A stretch of DNA of 64,000 bases from the human T2T-CHM13v2.0 reference genome, Homo sapiens, in assembly GCF_009914755.1 (NCBI RefSeq), contig NC_060933.1; one strand, given 5' to 3'. The notes below the pieces were generated by a model. The model ran no database searches and was not told where the DNA came from. It saw nothing but the letters and a program-made list of their open reading frames with translations. Shown here piece by piece: positions 1-13,440 of this stretch. A program made the translations under genes and the position numbers. The first letter of the stretch is position 1, and the number at the start of each line of letters is the position of its first letter.

Positions 1-33
1 GAATGGAATGGAATGGAATGGAATGGAATCAAC

Positions 34-47
34 TCGATTGCAATCGA
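34..47. other. 14-bp perfect palindrome TCGATTGCAATCGA (representative of a recurrent cassette)
   Basis: Self-reverse-complementary. Recurs on both arms, e.g. near 2660, 4381, 7604, 20695, 23528, 29869. Confidence 0.9.
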
Positions 48-330
48 ATGGAATGGAATGGAATTAACCCGAAAAGAATGGAATGGAATGGAATGGAACG
101 GAACCGAATGGAATGGAATGGAATAGAATGGAACGGAAAGGAATGGAATGGAATGGAATGGAATGGAATGGAATGGAATGGAATCAACGCGAGTGCAGGG
201 GAATGGAATGGAATCGAATGGAATGGAAAGGAATGGAATGGAATCAACCCGAGTGCAGGGGAATGTAATGGAACGGAATACAATGGAATGGAATCATCTG
301 GAATGGAATGGAATGGAATGGAATGTAATC

Positions 331-640
331 AACCCGAGTGCAATGGAATGGAGTGGAATGGAATGGAATGGAATGGAACAACCCGAATGGAATGGAATGT
401 AATGGAGAGTAAGGGAATTGAAAAGAATCAATCCGAATGTAATGGAATGGAATGGAACGGAATGGAATGGAATGGAATGGAATGGAATTAACCCGAGTGC
501 AATGGAATGGAGTGGAATGGAATGGAATGGAATGGAACAACCCGAATGGAATGGAATGTAATGGAGAGTAAGGGAATTGAAAAGAATCAATCCGAATGTA
601 ATGGAATGGAATGGAACGGAACGGAATGGAATGGAATGGA
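331..640 (+). repeat. 159-bp tandem duplication
   Basis: AACCCGAGTGCAATGG at 331 and 490. The hybrid variant GAGAGTAAGGGAATTGAAAAG appears at ~405 and ~564 (offset 159). Confidence 0.85.
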
Positions 641-2410
641 ATGGAATGGAATGGAATGGAGTGGAACGGAAAGGAAAGGAATGGAATGGAATAGAATGGA
701 ATGGAATGGAATCAACGCGAGTGCAGGGGAATGGAATGGAATGGAATGCAATGGAATGGAATTTTCCGGAATGGAATGGAATGCAATGGAATGGAATGGA
801 ATGGAATCAACCCGAGTGCAATGGAATGGAGTGGAATGGAATGGAATGGAATGGAACAACCCGAATGGAATGGAATGTAATGGAGAGTAAGGGAGTTGAA
901 TAGAATCAATCCGAATGTAATGGAATGGAAGGGAACGGAATGGAATTGAATGGAATGGAATGGAATGCAATGGAATGGAATCAACCCGAGTGCTATGGAA
1001 TGGAGAGAAATGGAATGGAATGGAATGGAAACTACCCGAATGGAATGGAATGTAATGGAGTGTAAGGGAATTGAATAGAATCAATCCGAATGTAATGGAA
1101 TGGAATGGAACGGAATGGAACGGAATGGAATGGAATGGAATCAACCCGAGTGCAGGGGAATGGAATGGAAAGGAATGCAATGGATTGGAATCATCCGGAA
1201 TGGAATGGAATGGAATGCAATGGAATGGAATGGAATGGAATCAACCCGAGTGCAATGGAATGGAGTGAAATGGAATGGAATGGAAACAACCAGAATGGAT
1301 TGGAATATAATGGAGTGTAAGGGAATTGAATAGAATCAATCTGAATGTAATGAAATGGAATGGAACGGAATGGAATGGAATGGAATGGAATGGAATGGAA
1401 TGCAATGGAATGGAATCAACCCGAGTATAGGGGAATGGAATGGAATGGAATGCAATGGAATGGAATCATCAGTAACGGAATGGAAAGGAATAGAATGGAA
1501 TGGAATGGAATGGAATGGAATCAACTCGATTGCAATTGAATGGAATGGAATGGAATTAACCCGAATAGAATGGAATGGAATGGAATGGAACGGAACGGAA
1601 CGGAACGGAATGGAATGGAATGGAATGGAATGGAATGGAATGGAGTGGAACGGAAAGGAAAGGAATGGAATGGAATAGAATGGAATGGAATGGAATCAAC
1701 GCGAGTGCAGGGGAATGGAATGGAATGGAATGCAATGGAATGGAATTTTCCGGAATGGAATGGAATGCAATGGAATGGAATGGAATGGAATCAACCCGAG
1801 TGCAATGGAATGGAGTGGAATGGAATGGAATGGAATGGAACAACCCGAATGGAATGGAATGTAATGGAGAGTAAGGGAGTTGAATAGAATCAATCCGAAT
1901 GTAATGGAATGGAAGGGAACGGAATGGAATTGAATGGAATGGAATGGAATGCAATGGAATGGAATCAACCCGAGTGCTATGGAATGGAGAGAAATGGAAT
2001 GGAATGGAATGGAAACTACCCGAATGGAATGGAATGTAATGGAGTGTAAGGGAATTGAATAGAATCAATCCGAATGTAATGGAATGGAATGGAACGGAAT
2101 GGAACGGAATGGAATGGAATGGAATCAACCCGAGTGCAGGGGAATGGAATGGAAAGGAATGCAATGGATTGGAATCATCCGGAATGGAATGGAATGGAAT
2201 GCAATGGAATGGAATGGAATGGAATCAACCCGAGTGCAATGGAATGGAGTGAAATGGAATGGAATGGAAACAACCAGAATGGATTGGAATATAATGGAGT
2301 GTAAGGGAATTGAATAGAATCAATCTGAATGTAATGAAATGGAATGGAACGGAATGGAATGGAATGGAATGGAATGGAATGGAATGCAATGGAATGGAAT
2401 CAACCCGAGT
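612..2410 (+). repeat. 984-bp-period tandem duplication
   Basis: Identical ORF translations at offset 984 (712/1696, 1071/2055, 1100/2084). Shared private variants GGAATTTTCCGG, GAGTGCTATGG, GGAGAGAAATGG. Confidence 0.92.
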
Positions 2411-2854
2411 GCAATCGAATGGAATCGAATGGAATGGAATGCAATGGAATGGATTCAACTTGAATGGAATGGAAAGAATGGAATCAACACGAGTGGAATG
2501 GCATGGATTGGAATGGAATCGAATGGAATCAACCCGAGTACAGGGGAATGGAATGGAATGGAATGCAATGGAATGGAATCATCCGTAATGGAATGGAAAG
2601 GAATGGAATGGAATGGAATGGAATGGAATGGAATGGATTGGAATGGAATGGAATCAACTCGATTGCAATCGAATGGAATGGAATGGAATTAACCCGAATA
2701 GAATGGAATGGAATGGAATTGAACGGAACGGAATGGAATGGAATGGAATGGAATGGAATGGAACGGAACGGAATGGAATGGAATGGAATGGAATGGAATG
2801 GAATGGAATCAACGCGAGTGCAGGGGAATGGAATGGAATGGAATGCAATGGAAT

Positions 2855-2869
2855 GGAATCTTCCGGAAT
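2855..2869 (+). promoter_or_regulatory. Perfect three-unit heat-shock element (representative of ~50 copies in the window)
   Basis: gGAAt-cTTCc-gGAAt matches nGAAnnTTCnnGAAn exactly. HSF1 binding to satellite III in nuclear stress bodies is established, but occupancy of this copy is untested. Confidence 0.6.
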
Positions 2870-4129
2870 GGAATGGAATGGAATGGAATGGAATGGAATG
2901 GAATGAAATGCAATGGATTCAACTCGATTGCAATGGAATGGAATAGAATGGAATGGAATGGAATGGAATGGAATGGAATTAACCCGAATAGAATGGAATG
3001 GAATGGAATGGAACGGAATGGAAAGGAATGGAATGGAATGGAATGGAATGGAATTGTACGGAATGGAATTGAATGGTACGGAATAGAATGGAATGGAACG
3101 AATTGTAATGGAATGGAACTGAATGGAATGGAATGGATTGGAATGGAATCAACGCGAGTGCAGGGGAATGTAATGGAACGGAATGCAATGGAATGGAATC
3201 ATCCGGAATGGAATGGAATGGAATGGAATGGAATGGAATGGAATGGAATCAACCCGAGTGCAATGGAATGGAGTGGAATGGAATGGAATGGAATGGAATG
3301 GAACAACCCGAATGGAATGGAATGTAATGGAGAGTAACGGAGTTGAATAGAATCAATCCGAATGTAATGGAATGGAATGCAACGGAATGGAATGGAATGG
3401 AATGGAATGCAATGGAATGGAATCAACCCGAGTACAATGAAATGGAAAGGAATGGAATGGAATGGAATGTAATGGAATGGAATGTAATGGAATGGAATGG
3501 AATGCCTTCAAACCGAATGGAATGGAAAGGAATGGAATCAACACGAGTGGAATGGAATGGAACGGAACGGAATGGAATGGAATGGAATGGAATCGTTCCG
3601 AGTGGAATAGGAGGCAATGTATTCGAGTGGAATGGAAAGGAATGGAATCAACCAGAGTGGAATGGAAGGGAATGAAATGGATTGGAAACTAATAGAATGG
3701 AATCAACCCGAGTGGAATGGAATGGAAAGGACTGGAATACAATGGAATGGAATGGAATCAACTCGATTGTAATGGAATGGAATGGAATGGAATGGAATGG
3801 AATCAACCCGAGTGCAATGGAATGGAGTGGAATGGAATGGAATGGAATGGAACAACCCCAATGGAATGGAATGTAATGGAGAGTAAGGGAGTTGAATAGA
3901 ATCAATCCGAATGTAATGGAATGGAATGGAACGGAATGGAATTGAGTGGAATGGAATGGAATGCAATGGAATGGAATCAACCCGAGTGCAGTGGAATGGA
4001 GAGGAATGGAATGGAATGGAATGGAAACTACCCGAATGGAATGGAATGTAATGGATTGTAAGGGAATTGAATAGAATCAATCCGAATGTAATGGAATGGA
4101 ATGGAATGGAATGGAATGCAATGGAATGG

Positions 4130-6035
4130 AATCAACCCGAGTGCAATCGAATGGAATCGAATGGAATGGAATGCAATGGAATGGATTCAACTTGAATGCA
4201 ATGGAAAGAATGGAATCAACACGAGTGGAATGGCATGGATTGGAATGGAATGGAATGGAATCAACCCGAGTACAGGGGAATGGAATGTAATGGAATGCAA
4301 TGGAATGGAATCATCCGTAATGGAATGGAAAGGAACGGAATGGAATGGAATGGAATGGAATGGCATGGAATGGAAACAACTCGATTGCAATCGAATGGAA
4401 TGGAATGGAATTAACCCGAATAGAATGGAATGGAATGGAATGGAACGGAACGGAATGGAATGGAATGGAATGGAATGGAATGGAACGGAACGGAATGGAA
4501 TGGAATGGAATGGAATGGAATCAATGCGAGTGCAGTGGAATGGAATGGAATGGAATGCAATGGAATGGAATCTTCCGGAATGTAATGGAATGGAATGGAA
4601 TGGAATGCAAAGCAATGGAATCAACTCGATTGCAATGGAATCCAATGGAATGGAAAGGAATACATTGCAATCAACCCGAGTGGAATGGAATGGAAAGGAC
4701 AGGAATGGAGTGGAATGGAATGGAATGGAATGGAATGCAATGGAATCAACTCGATTGGAATTGAATGGAATGGAATGGAATGGAATTAACCCGAATAGAA
4801 TGGAATGGAATGGAACGGAACGGAATGGAAAGGAATGGAATGGCATTGAATGGAATGGAATGGAATCAACCCGACTGCAGGGGAATGGAATGGAATGGAA
4901 TGCAATGGAATGGATTCAACTTGAATGGAATGGAAAGAATGGAACCAACACGAGTGGAATGGCATGGATTGGAAAGGAATGGAATGGAATCAACCCGAGT
5001 GCAGGGGAATGTAATGGAACGGAATGCAATGGAATGGAATCATCCGGAATGGAATGGAATGGAATGGAATGGAATGGAATCAACCCGAGTGCAATCGAAC
5101 GGAATCGAATGGAATGGAATGCAATGGAATGGATTCAACTTGAATGCAATGGAAAGAATGGAATCAACACGAGTGGAATGGCATGGATTGGAATGGAATG
5201 GAATGGAATCAACCCGAGTACAGGGGAATGGAATGGAATGGAATGCAATGGAATGGAATCATCCGTAATGGAATGGAAAGGAACGGAATGGAATGGAATG
5301 GAATGGAATGGCATGGAATGGAATCAACTCGATTGCAATCGAATGGAATGGAATGGAATTAACCCGAATAGAATGGAATGGAATGAAATGGAACGGAACG
5401 GAATGGAATGTAATGGAATGGAATGGAATGGAACGGAACGGAATGGAATGGAATGGAATGGAATGGAATCAATGCGAGTGCAGGGGAATGGAATGGAATG
5501 GAATGCAATGGAATGGAATTTTCGGAATGGAATGGAATGGAATGGAATGGAATGCAAAGCAATGGAATCAACTCGATTGCAATGGAATGCAATGGAATGG
5601 AAAGGAATACATTGCAATCAACCCGAGTGGAATGGAATGGAAAGGACTGGAATGGAGTGGAATGGAATGGAATGGAATGGAATGGAATGGAATCAACTCG
5701 ATTGGAATTGAATGGAATGGAATGGAATGGAATTAACCCGAATAGAATGGAATGGAATGGAACGGAACGGAATGGAATGGAATGGAATGGCATGGAATGG
5801 AGTGGAATGGAATCAACCCGACTGCAGGGAAATGGAATGGAATGGAATGCAATGGAATGGATTCAACTTGAATGGAATGGAAAGAATGGAACCAACACGA
5901 GTGGAATGGCATGGATTGGAAAGGAATGGAATGGAATCAACCCGAGTGCAGGGGAATGTAATGGAACGGAATGCAATGGAATGGAATCATCCGGAATGGA
6001 ATGGAATGGAATGGAATGGAATGGAATCAACCCGA
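4130..6035 (+). repeat. ~948-bp tandem duplication
   Basis: ORF offsets 4196/5144 (948) and 4765/5712 (947, after a 1-bp loss at ~5521). Shared variants AATACATTGCAATC, CCCGACTGCAGG, GGAACCAACACG. Confidence 0.9.
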
Positions 6036-9000
6036 GTGCAATGGAATGGATTGGAATGGAATGGAATGGAATGGAACAACCCGAATGGAATGGAATGTAA
6101 TGGAGAGTAAGGGAGTTGAAAAGAATCAATCCGAATGTAATGGAATGGAATGGAACGGAATGGAATGGAATGGAATGCAATGCAGTGGAATGGAATCAAC
6201 CCGAGTACAATGGAATGGAATGGAATGGAATGGAATGGAAGGGAATGGAATGGAATGGAATGGAATGCAATGGAATGGAATCTTCCGGAATGGAATGGAA
6301 TGGAATGGAATGGAATGGAATGCAATGGATTCAACTCGATTGCAATGGAATGGAATAGAATGGAATGGAATGGAATGGAATGGAATGGAATGGAATTAAA
6401 CGGAATAGAATGGAATGGAATGGAATGGAACGGAACAGAACGGAACGGAACGGAACGGAGTGGAATGGAATGGAATGGAATTGTATGGAATGGAATGGAA
6501 TTGTACGGAATAGAATGGAATGGAAAGAATTGGAATGGAATGGAATCGAATGGAATGGAATGGAATGGAATGGAATCAACCCGAGTGCAGGGGAATGTAA
6601 TGGAACGGAATGCAATGGAATGGAATCATCCGGAATGGAATGGAATGGAATTGAATGGAATGGAATGGAATGGAATCAACCCGAGTGCAATGGAATGGAG
6701 TGGACTGGAATGGAATGGAATGCAATAACCCGAATGGAATGGAATGTAATGGAGAGTTAGGGAGTTGAATAGAATGAATCCGAATGTAATGGAATGGAAC
6801 GGAATGGAATGGAATGGAATGGAATGGAATGGAATGCAATGGAATGGAATCAACCCGAGTACAATGGAACGGAATGGAATGGAATGGAATGGAATGGAAT
6901 GGAATGGAATGGAATGGAATGGAATCAACCCGAGTGCAATGGAATGGAGAGGAATGGAATGGAATGGAATGGAAACTACCCGAATGGAATGGAATGTAAT
7001 GGAGTGTAAGGGAATTGAATAGAATCAATCCGAATGGAATGGAATGGAACGGAATGTAATGGAATGGAATGGAATGGAATCCACCCGAGTGCAGGGGAAT
7101 GGAATGGAAAGGAATGCAATGGAATGGAATCATCCGGAATGGAATGGAATGGAATGCAATGGAATGGAATGGAATGGAATCAACCCGAGTGCAATGGAAT
7201 GGAGTGAAATGGAATGGAATGGAATGGAAACAACCAGAATGGATTGGAATATAATGGAGTGTAAGGGAATTGAATAGAATAAATCTGAATGTAATGAAAT
7301 GGAATGGAACGGAATGGAATGGAATGGAATGGAATGCAATGGAATGGAATCAACCCGAGTGCAATCGAATGGAATCGAATGGAATGGAATGCAATGGAAT
7401 GGATTGAACTTGAATGGAATGGAAAGAATGGAATCAACACGAGTGGAATGGCATGGATTGGAATGGAATGGAATGGAATCAACCCGAGTACAGGGGAATG
7501 GAATGGAATGGAATGCAATGGAATGGAATCATCCGTAATGGAATGGAAAGGAATGGAATGGAATGGAATGGAATGGAATGGAATGGAATGGAATGGAATC
7601 AACTCGATTGCAATCGAATGGAATGGAATGGAATTAACCCGAATAGAATGGAATGGAATGGAATGGAACGGAACGGAATGGAATGGAATGGAATGGAATG
7701 GAATGGAATGGAACGGAACGGAACGGAATGGAATGGAATGGAATGGAATGGAATCAACGCGAGTGCAGGGGAATGGAATGGAATGGAATGCAATGGAATG
7801 GAATGTTCCGGAATGGAATGGAATGGAATGGAATGGAATGAAATGCAGTGGATTCAACTCGATTGCAATGGAATGGAATAGAATGGAATGGAATGGAATG
7901 GAATGGAATGGAATGGAATTAACCCGAATAGAATGGAATGAAATGGAATGGAACGGAATGGAACGGAATGGAATGGAATGGAATGGAATGGAATGGTATG
8001 GAATGGAATGGAATGTTACGGAATAGAATGGAATGGAACGAATTGTAATGGAATGGAATTGAATGGAATGGAATGGAATGGAATGGAATCAACGCGAGTG
8101 CAGGGGAATGTAATGGAACGGAATGCAATGGAATGGAATCATCCGGAATGGAATGGAATGGAATGGAATCGAAAGGAATCAACCCGAGTGCAATGGAATG
8201 GAGTGGAATGGAATGGAATGGAATGGAATGGAACAACCCGAATGGAATGGAATGTAATGGAGAGTAAGGGAGTTGAATAGAATCAATCCGAATGTAATGG
8301 AATGGAATGCAACGGAATGGAATGGAATGGAATGGAATGGAATGCAATGGAATGGAATCAACCCGAGTACAATGAAATGGAATGGAATGGAATGGAATGG
8401 AATGGAATGGAATGGAATGGAATGGAATGGAATGGAATGCCTTCAAACCGAATGGAATGGAAAGGAATGGAATCAACACGAGAATAATGGAATGGAATGG
8501 AATGGAATGGAATGGAATGGAATGATACGGAATAGAATGGAATGGAACGAAATGGAATGGAATGGAATGGAATGGAATGGAATGGAATGGAATGGAATGG
8601 AATGGAATGGAATTGTTGCGAGTGGAATAGGAAGGAATGTATTCGAGTGGAATGGAAAGGAATGGAATCAACCAGAGTGGAATGGAAGGGAATGGAATGG
8701 ATTGGAAACTAATAGAATGGAATCAACCTGAGTGGAATGGAATGGAAAGGACTGGAATGGAAAGGAATGGAATGGAATGGAATAGAATGGAATGGAATCA
8801 ACGCGAGTGCAGGGGAATGGAATGGAATCGAATGGAATAGAATGGAATGGAATGGAATCAACCCGAGTGCAGGGGAATGTAATGGAAAGGAATGCAATGG
8901 AATGGAATCATCCGGAATGGAATGGAATGGAATGGAATGGAATCAACCCGAGTGCAATGGAATGGAGTGGAATGGAATGGAATGGAATGGAACAATCCGA

Positions 9001-11639
9001 ATGGAATGGAATGTAATGGAGAGTAAGGGAGTTGAAAAGAATCAATCCGAATGTAATGGAATGGAACGGAATGGAATGGAATGGAATGGAATGGAATGCA
9101 ATGGAATGCAATGGAATGGAATCAACCCGAGTACAATGGAATGGAATGGAATGGAATGGAATGGAATGGAATGGAATGATACGGAATAGAATGGAATGGA
9201 ACGCAATGAAATGGAATGGAATGGAATGCAATGGAATGGAATGGAATGGAATGGAATCGTTCCGAGTGGAATAGGAGGGAATGTATTCGAGTGGAATGGA
9301 AAGGAATGGAATCAACAAGAGTGGAATGGAAGGGAATGGAATGGAATGGAAACTAATAGAATGGAATCAACCCGAGTGTAATGGAATGGAAAGGACTGGA
9401 ATAGAATGAAATGGAATCGAATCAACTCGACTGTAATGGAATGGAATGGAATGGAATAGAATGGAATGGAATGGAATGGAATCAACCCGAGTGCAATGGA
9501 ATGGAGTGGAATGGAATGGAATGGAATGGAACAACCCGAATGGAATGGAATGTAATGGAGAGTAAGGGAGTTGAATAGAAGCAATCCGAATGTAATGGAA
9601 TGGAATGGAACGGAATGGAATGGAATGGAATGGAATGGAATGCAATGGAATGGAATCAACCCGAGTTCAATGGAATGGAGAGGAATGGAATGGAATCGAA
9701 TGGAAACTACCCGAATGGAATGTAATGTAATGGAGTGTAAGGGAATTGAATAGAATCAATCCGAATGTAATGGAATGGAATGGAACGGAATGGAATGGAA
9801 AGGAATGGAATGGAATGGAATGGAATGGAATGGAATGGAATCAACTCGATTGCAATCGAATGCAATGGAATGGAATTAACCCGAATAGAATGGAATGGAA
9901 TGGAATGGGACGGAACGGAATGGAATGGAATGGAATGGAATGGAATGGAATGGAACGGAGCGGAATGGAATGGAATGGAATGGAATGGAATCAATGCGAG
10001 TGCAGTGGAATGGAATGGAATGGAATGCAATGGAATGGAATCTTCCGGAATGGAATGGAATGGAATGGAATGGAATGGAATGAAATGCAATGGATTCAAC
10101 TAGATTGCAATGGAATGGAATAGAATGGAATGGAATGGAATGGAATGGAATTAATCCGAATAGAATGGAATGGAATGGAATGGAACGGAATGGAACGGAA
10201 TGGAATGGAATGGAATGGAATGGTATGGAATGGAATGGAATGGTACGGAATAGAATGGAATGGAACGAATTGTAATGGAATGGAATTCAATGGAATGGAA
10301 TGGAATGGAATGGAATCAACGCGAATGCAGGGGAATGTAATGGAACGGAATGCAATGGAATGGAATCATCCGGAATGGAATGGAATGGAATGGAATCAAC
10401 CCGAGTGCAATGGAATGGAGTGGAATGGAATGGAATGCAATGGAACAAACCGAATGGAATGGAATGTAATGGAGAGTAAGGGAGTTGAATAGAATCAAAC
10501 CGAATGTAATGGAATGGAATGCAACGGAATGGAATGGAATGGAATGGAATGGAATGGAATGGAATGGAATGGAATGCAAAGGAATGGAATCAACCCGAGT
10601 GGAATGGCGTGGAATGGAATGCAATGGAATGGAATGGAATGGAATCAACTCGAGTGGAAAGGAATGGAATGGAATGGAAAGGCATGGAATGAAATCAACT
10701 CGAGTGGAATGGAATGGAATGGAATGGAATGGAATGGATTGCAATGGAATGAAATGGAATGGAATGGAATGGAATCAATCATTCCGACTGGAATGGAAGG
10801 GAATGTAATGGAGTGGAAAGAAGGGAATGGAATCAACCGAATTGGAATGCAAGGCAATGGAATGGAATGGAAAGGAATGGAATGGAATCAACTCGATTGG
10901 AATGGAATGGAATGGAATGGAATGGAATGGAATTAACCGGAATAGAATGGAATGCAATGGAATGGAACGGAATGGAATGGAAAGGAAGGGAATGGAATCA
11001 ACACGAGTGCAGGGGAATGCAATGGAATGGAATGCAATGGAATGGAATCATCCGGAATGGAATGGAATGGAATGGAATGGAATCAACTCCATTGCAATGG
11101 AATGGAATGGAATGGAATGGAATAGAATGGAAAGGAATTAACCCGAATAGAATGGAATGCAATAGAATGGAATGGAACGGAACTGAATGGAGTGGAATGG
11201 AATGGAATGGAATCAACCTGAGTGCAGGGGAATGGAATGGAATGGAATGCAATGGAATGGAATCATCCGGAATGGAATGGAATGGAATGGAATGGAATCA
11301 AACCGAGTGCAATGGAATGGAGTGAAATGGAATGGAATGGAATGGAAACAACCAGAATGGATTGGAATATAATGGAGTGTAAGGGAATTGAATAGAATCA
11401 ATCTGAATGTAATGAAATGGAATGGAACGGAATGGAATGGAATGGAATGGAATCGAATGGAATGGAATGGAATGGAATCAAGCAGAGTGCAATGGAATGG
11501 ATTCGAATGGAATGGAATGGAGTGGAATGGATTCAACCCGAATGGAATGGAAAGGAATGGAATCAACGCGAGTGGAATGGCATGGAATGGAATGGAATGG
11601 AATGCAATGGAATGGAATGGAACGGAACGGAATGGAACG

Positions 11640-13440
11640 GAACGGATCGGAGTGGAATGGAATGGAATGGAATTGTATGGAATGGAATGGAATGTTACGG
11701 AATAGAATGGAATGGAAAGAATTGGAATGGAATGGAATCGAATGGAATGGAATGGAATGGAATGGAATCAACCCGAGTGCAGGGGAATGTAATGGAACGG
11801 AATGCAATGGAATGGAATCATCCGGAATGGAATGGAATGGAATGGAATGGAATGGAATAAATCCGAGTGCAATGGAATGGAGTGGAATGGAATGGAATGG
11901 AATGGAACAACCCGAATGGAATGGAATGTAATGGAGAGTAAGGGAGTTGAATAGAATCAATCCGAATGTAATGGAATGGAATGCAACGGAATGGAATGGA
12001 ATGGAATGGAATGGAATGCAATGGAATGGAATCAACCCGAGTACAATGGAATGGAATGGAATGGAATGGAATGGAATGGAATGGAATGGAATGGAAGGGA
12101 ATGCCTTCAAACCGAATGGAATGGAAAGGAATGAAATCAACACGAGTGGAATGGAATGGAATGGAATGGAATGGAATGATACAGAATAGAATGGAATGGA
12201 ACGAAATGGAATGGAATGGAATGGAATGGAATGGAATGGAATGGAATGGAAAGGAATCGTTCCGAGTGGAATAGGAGGGAATGTATTCGAGTGGAATGGA
12301 AAGGAATGGAATCAACCAGAGTGGAATGGAAGGGAATGGAATGGAATGGAAACTAATAGAATGGAATCAATCCGAGTGGAATGGAATGGAAAGGACTGGA
12401 ATGGAAAGGAATGGAATGGAATGGAATGGAATGGAATGGAATCAACGCGAGTGCAGGGGAATGGAATGGAATCGAATGGAATGGAATGGAATGGAATGGA
12501 ATGGAATGGAATCAACCCGAGTGCAGGGGAATGTAATGGAACGGAATGCAATGGAATGGAATCATCCGGAATGGAATGGAATGGAATGGAATGGAATGGA
12601 ATCAACCCGAGTGCAATGGAATGGAGTGGAATGGAATAGAATGGAATGGAACAACCCGAATGGAATGGAATGTAATGGAGAGTAAGTGAGTTGAAAAGAA
12701 TCAATCCGAATGTAATGGAATGGAATGGAACGGAATGGAATGGAACGGAATGGAATGGAATGGAATGGAATGGAATGGAATGCAATGGAAAGGAATCAAC
12801 CCGAGTACAATGGAATGGAATGGAATGGAATGGAATGGAATGGAATGGAATGCAATGGAATGGAATCTTCCGGAATGGAATGGAATGGAATGGAATCGAA
12901 TGCAATGGATTCAACTCGATTGCAATGGAATGGAATAGAATGGAATGGAATGGAATGGAATGGAATTAAACCGAATAGAATGGAATGGAATTGAATGGAA
13001 CGGAACGGAACGGAACGGAACGGAACGGAGTGGAATGGAATGGAATGGAATTGTATGGAATGGAATGGAATGTTACGGAATAGAATGGAATGGAAAGAAT
13101 TGGAATGGAATGGAATCGAATGGAATGGAATGGAATGGAATGGAATCAACCCGAGTGCAGGGGAATGTAATGGAACGGAATGCAATGGAATGGAATCATC
13201 CGGAATGGAATGGAATGGAATGGAATGGAATGGAATAAATCCGAGTGCAATGGAATGGAGTGGAATGGAATGGAATGGAATGGAACAACCCGAATGGAAT
13301 GGAATGTAATGGAGAGTAAGGGAGTTGAATAGAATCAATCCGAATGTAATGGAATGGAATACAACGGAATGGAATGGAATGGAATGGAATGGAATGGAAT
13401 GCAATGGAATGGAATCAACCCGAGTACAATGGAATGGAAT
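11640..13440 (+). repeat. Direct duplication of ~0.4 kb at offset 1378 (~11640-12060 and ~13020-13440)
   Basis: GGAATAAATCCGAG at 11854 and 13232, with TGTTACGG and GGAAAGAATTGG in the same order in both copies. Confidence 0.75.

Noticed and set aside
3590-3700. More complex stretch (CGTTCCGAGTGGAATAGGAGG...AAACTAATAG) as a possible insertion or transposon fragment
   Set aside because: It stays in pentamer register and recurs many times on both arms, so it is a diverged satellite cassette. No Alu, L1, poly-A or target-site duplication is visible anywhere in the window.
4101-5711. 536-aa ORF and the hundreds of other MEWNG / IPFHS ORFs
   Set aside because: (GGAAT)n and (ATTCC)n contain no stop codons in any frame and ATG recurs every 5 bp. 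The peptides are direct translations of the pentamer, occur in all six frames, and show no domain or codon signal.
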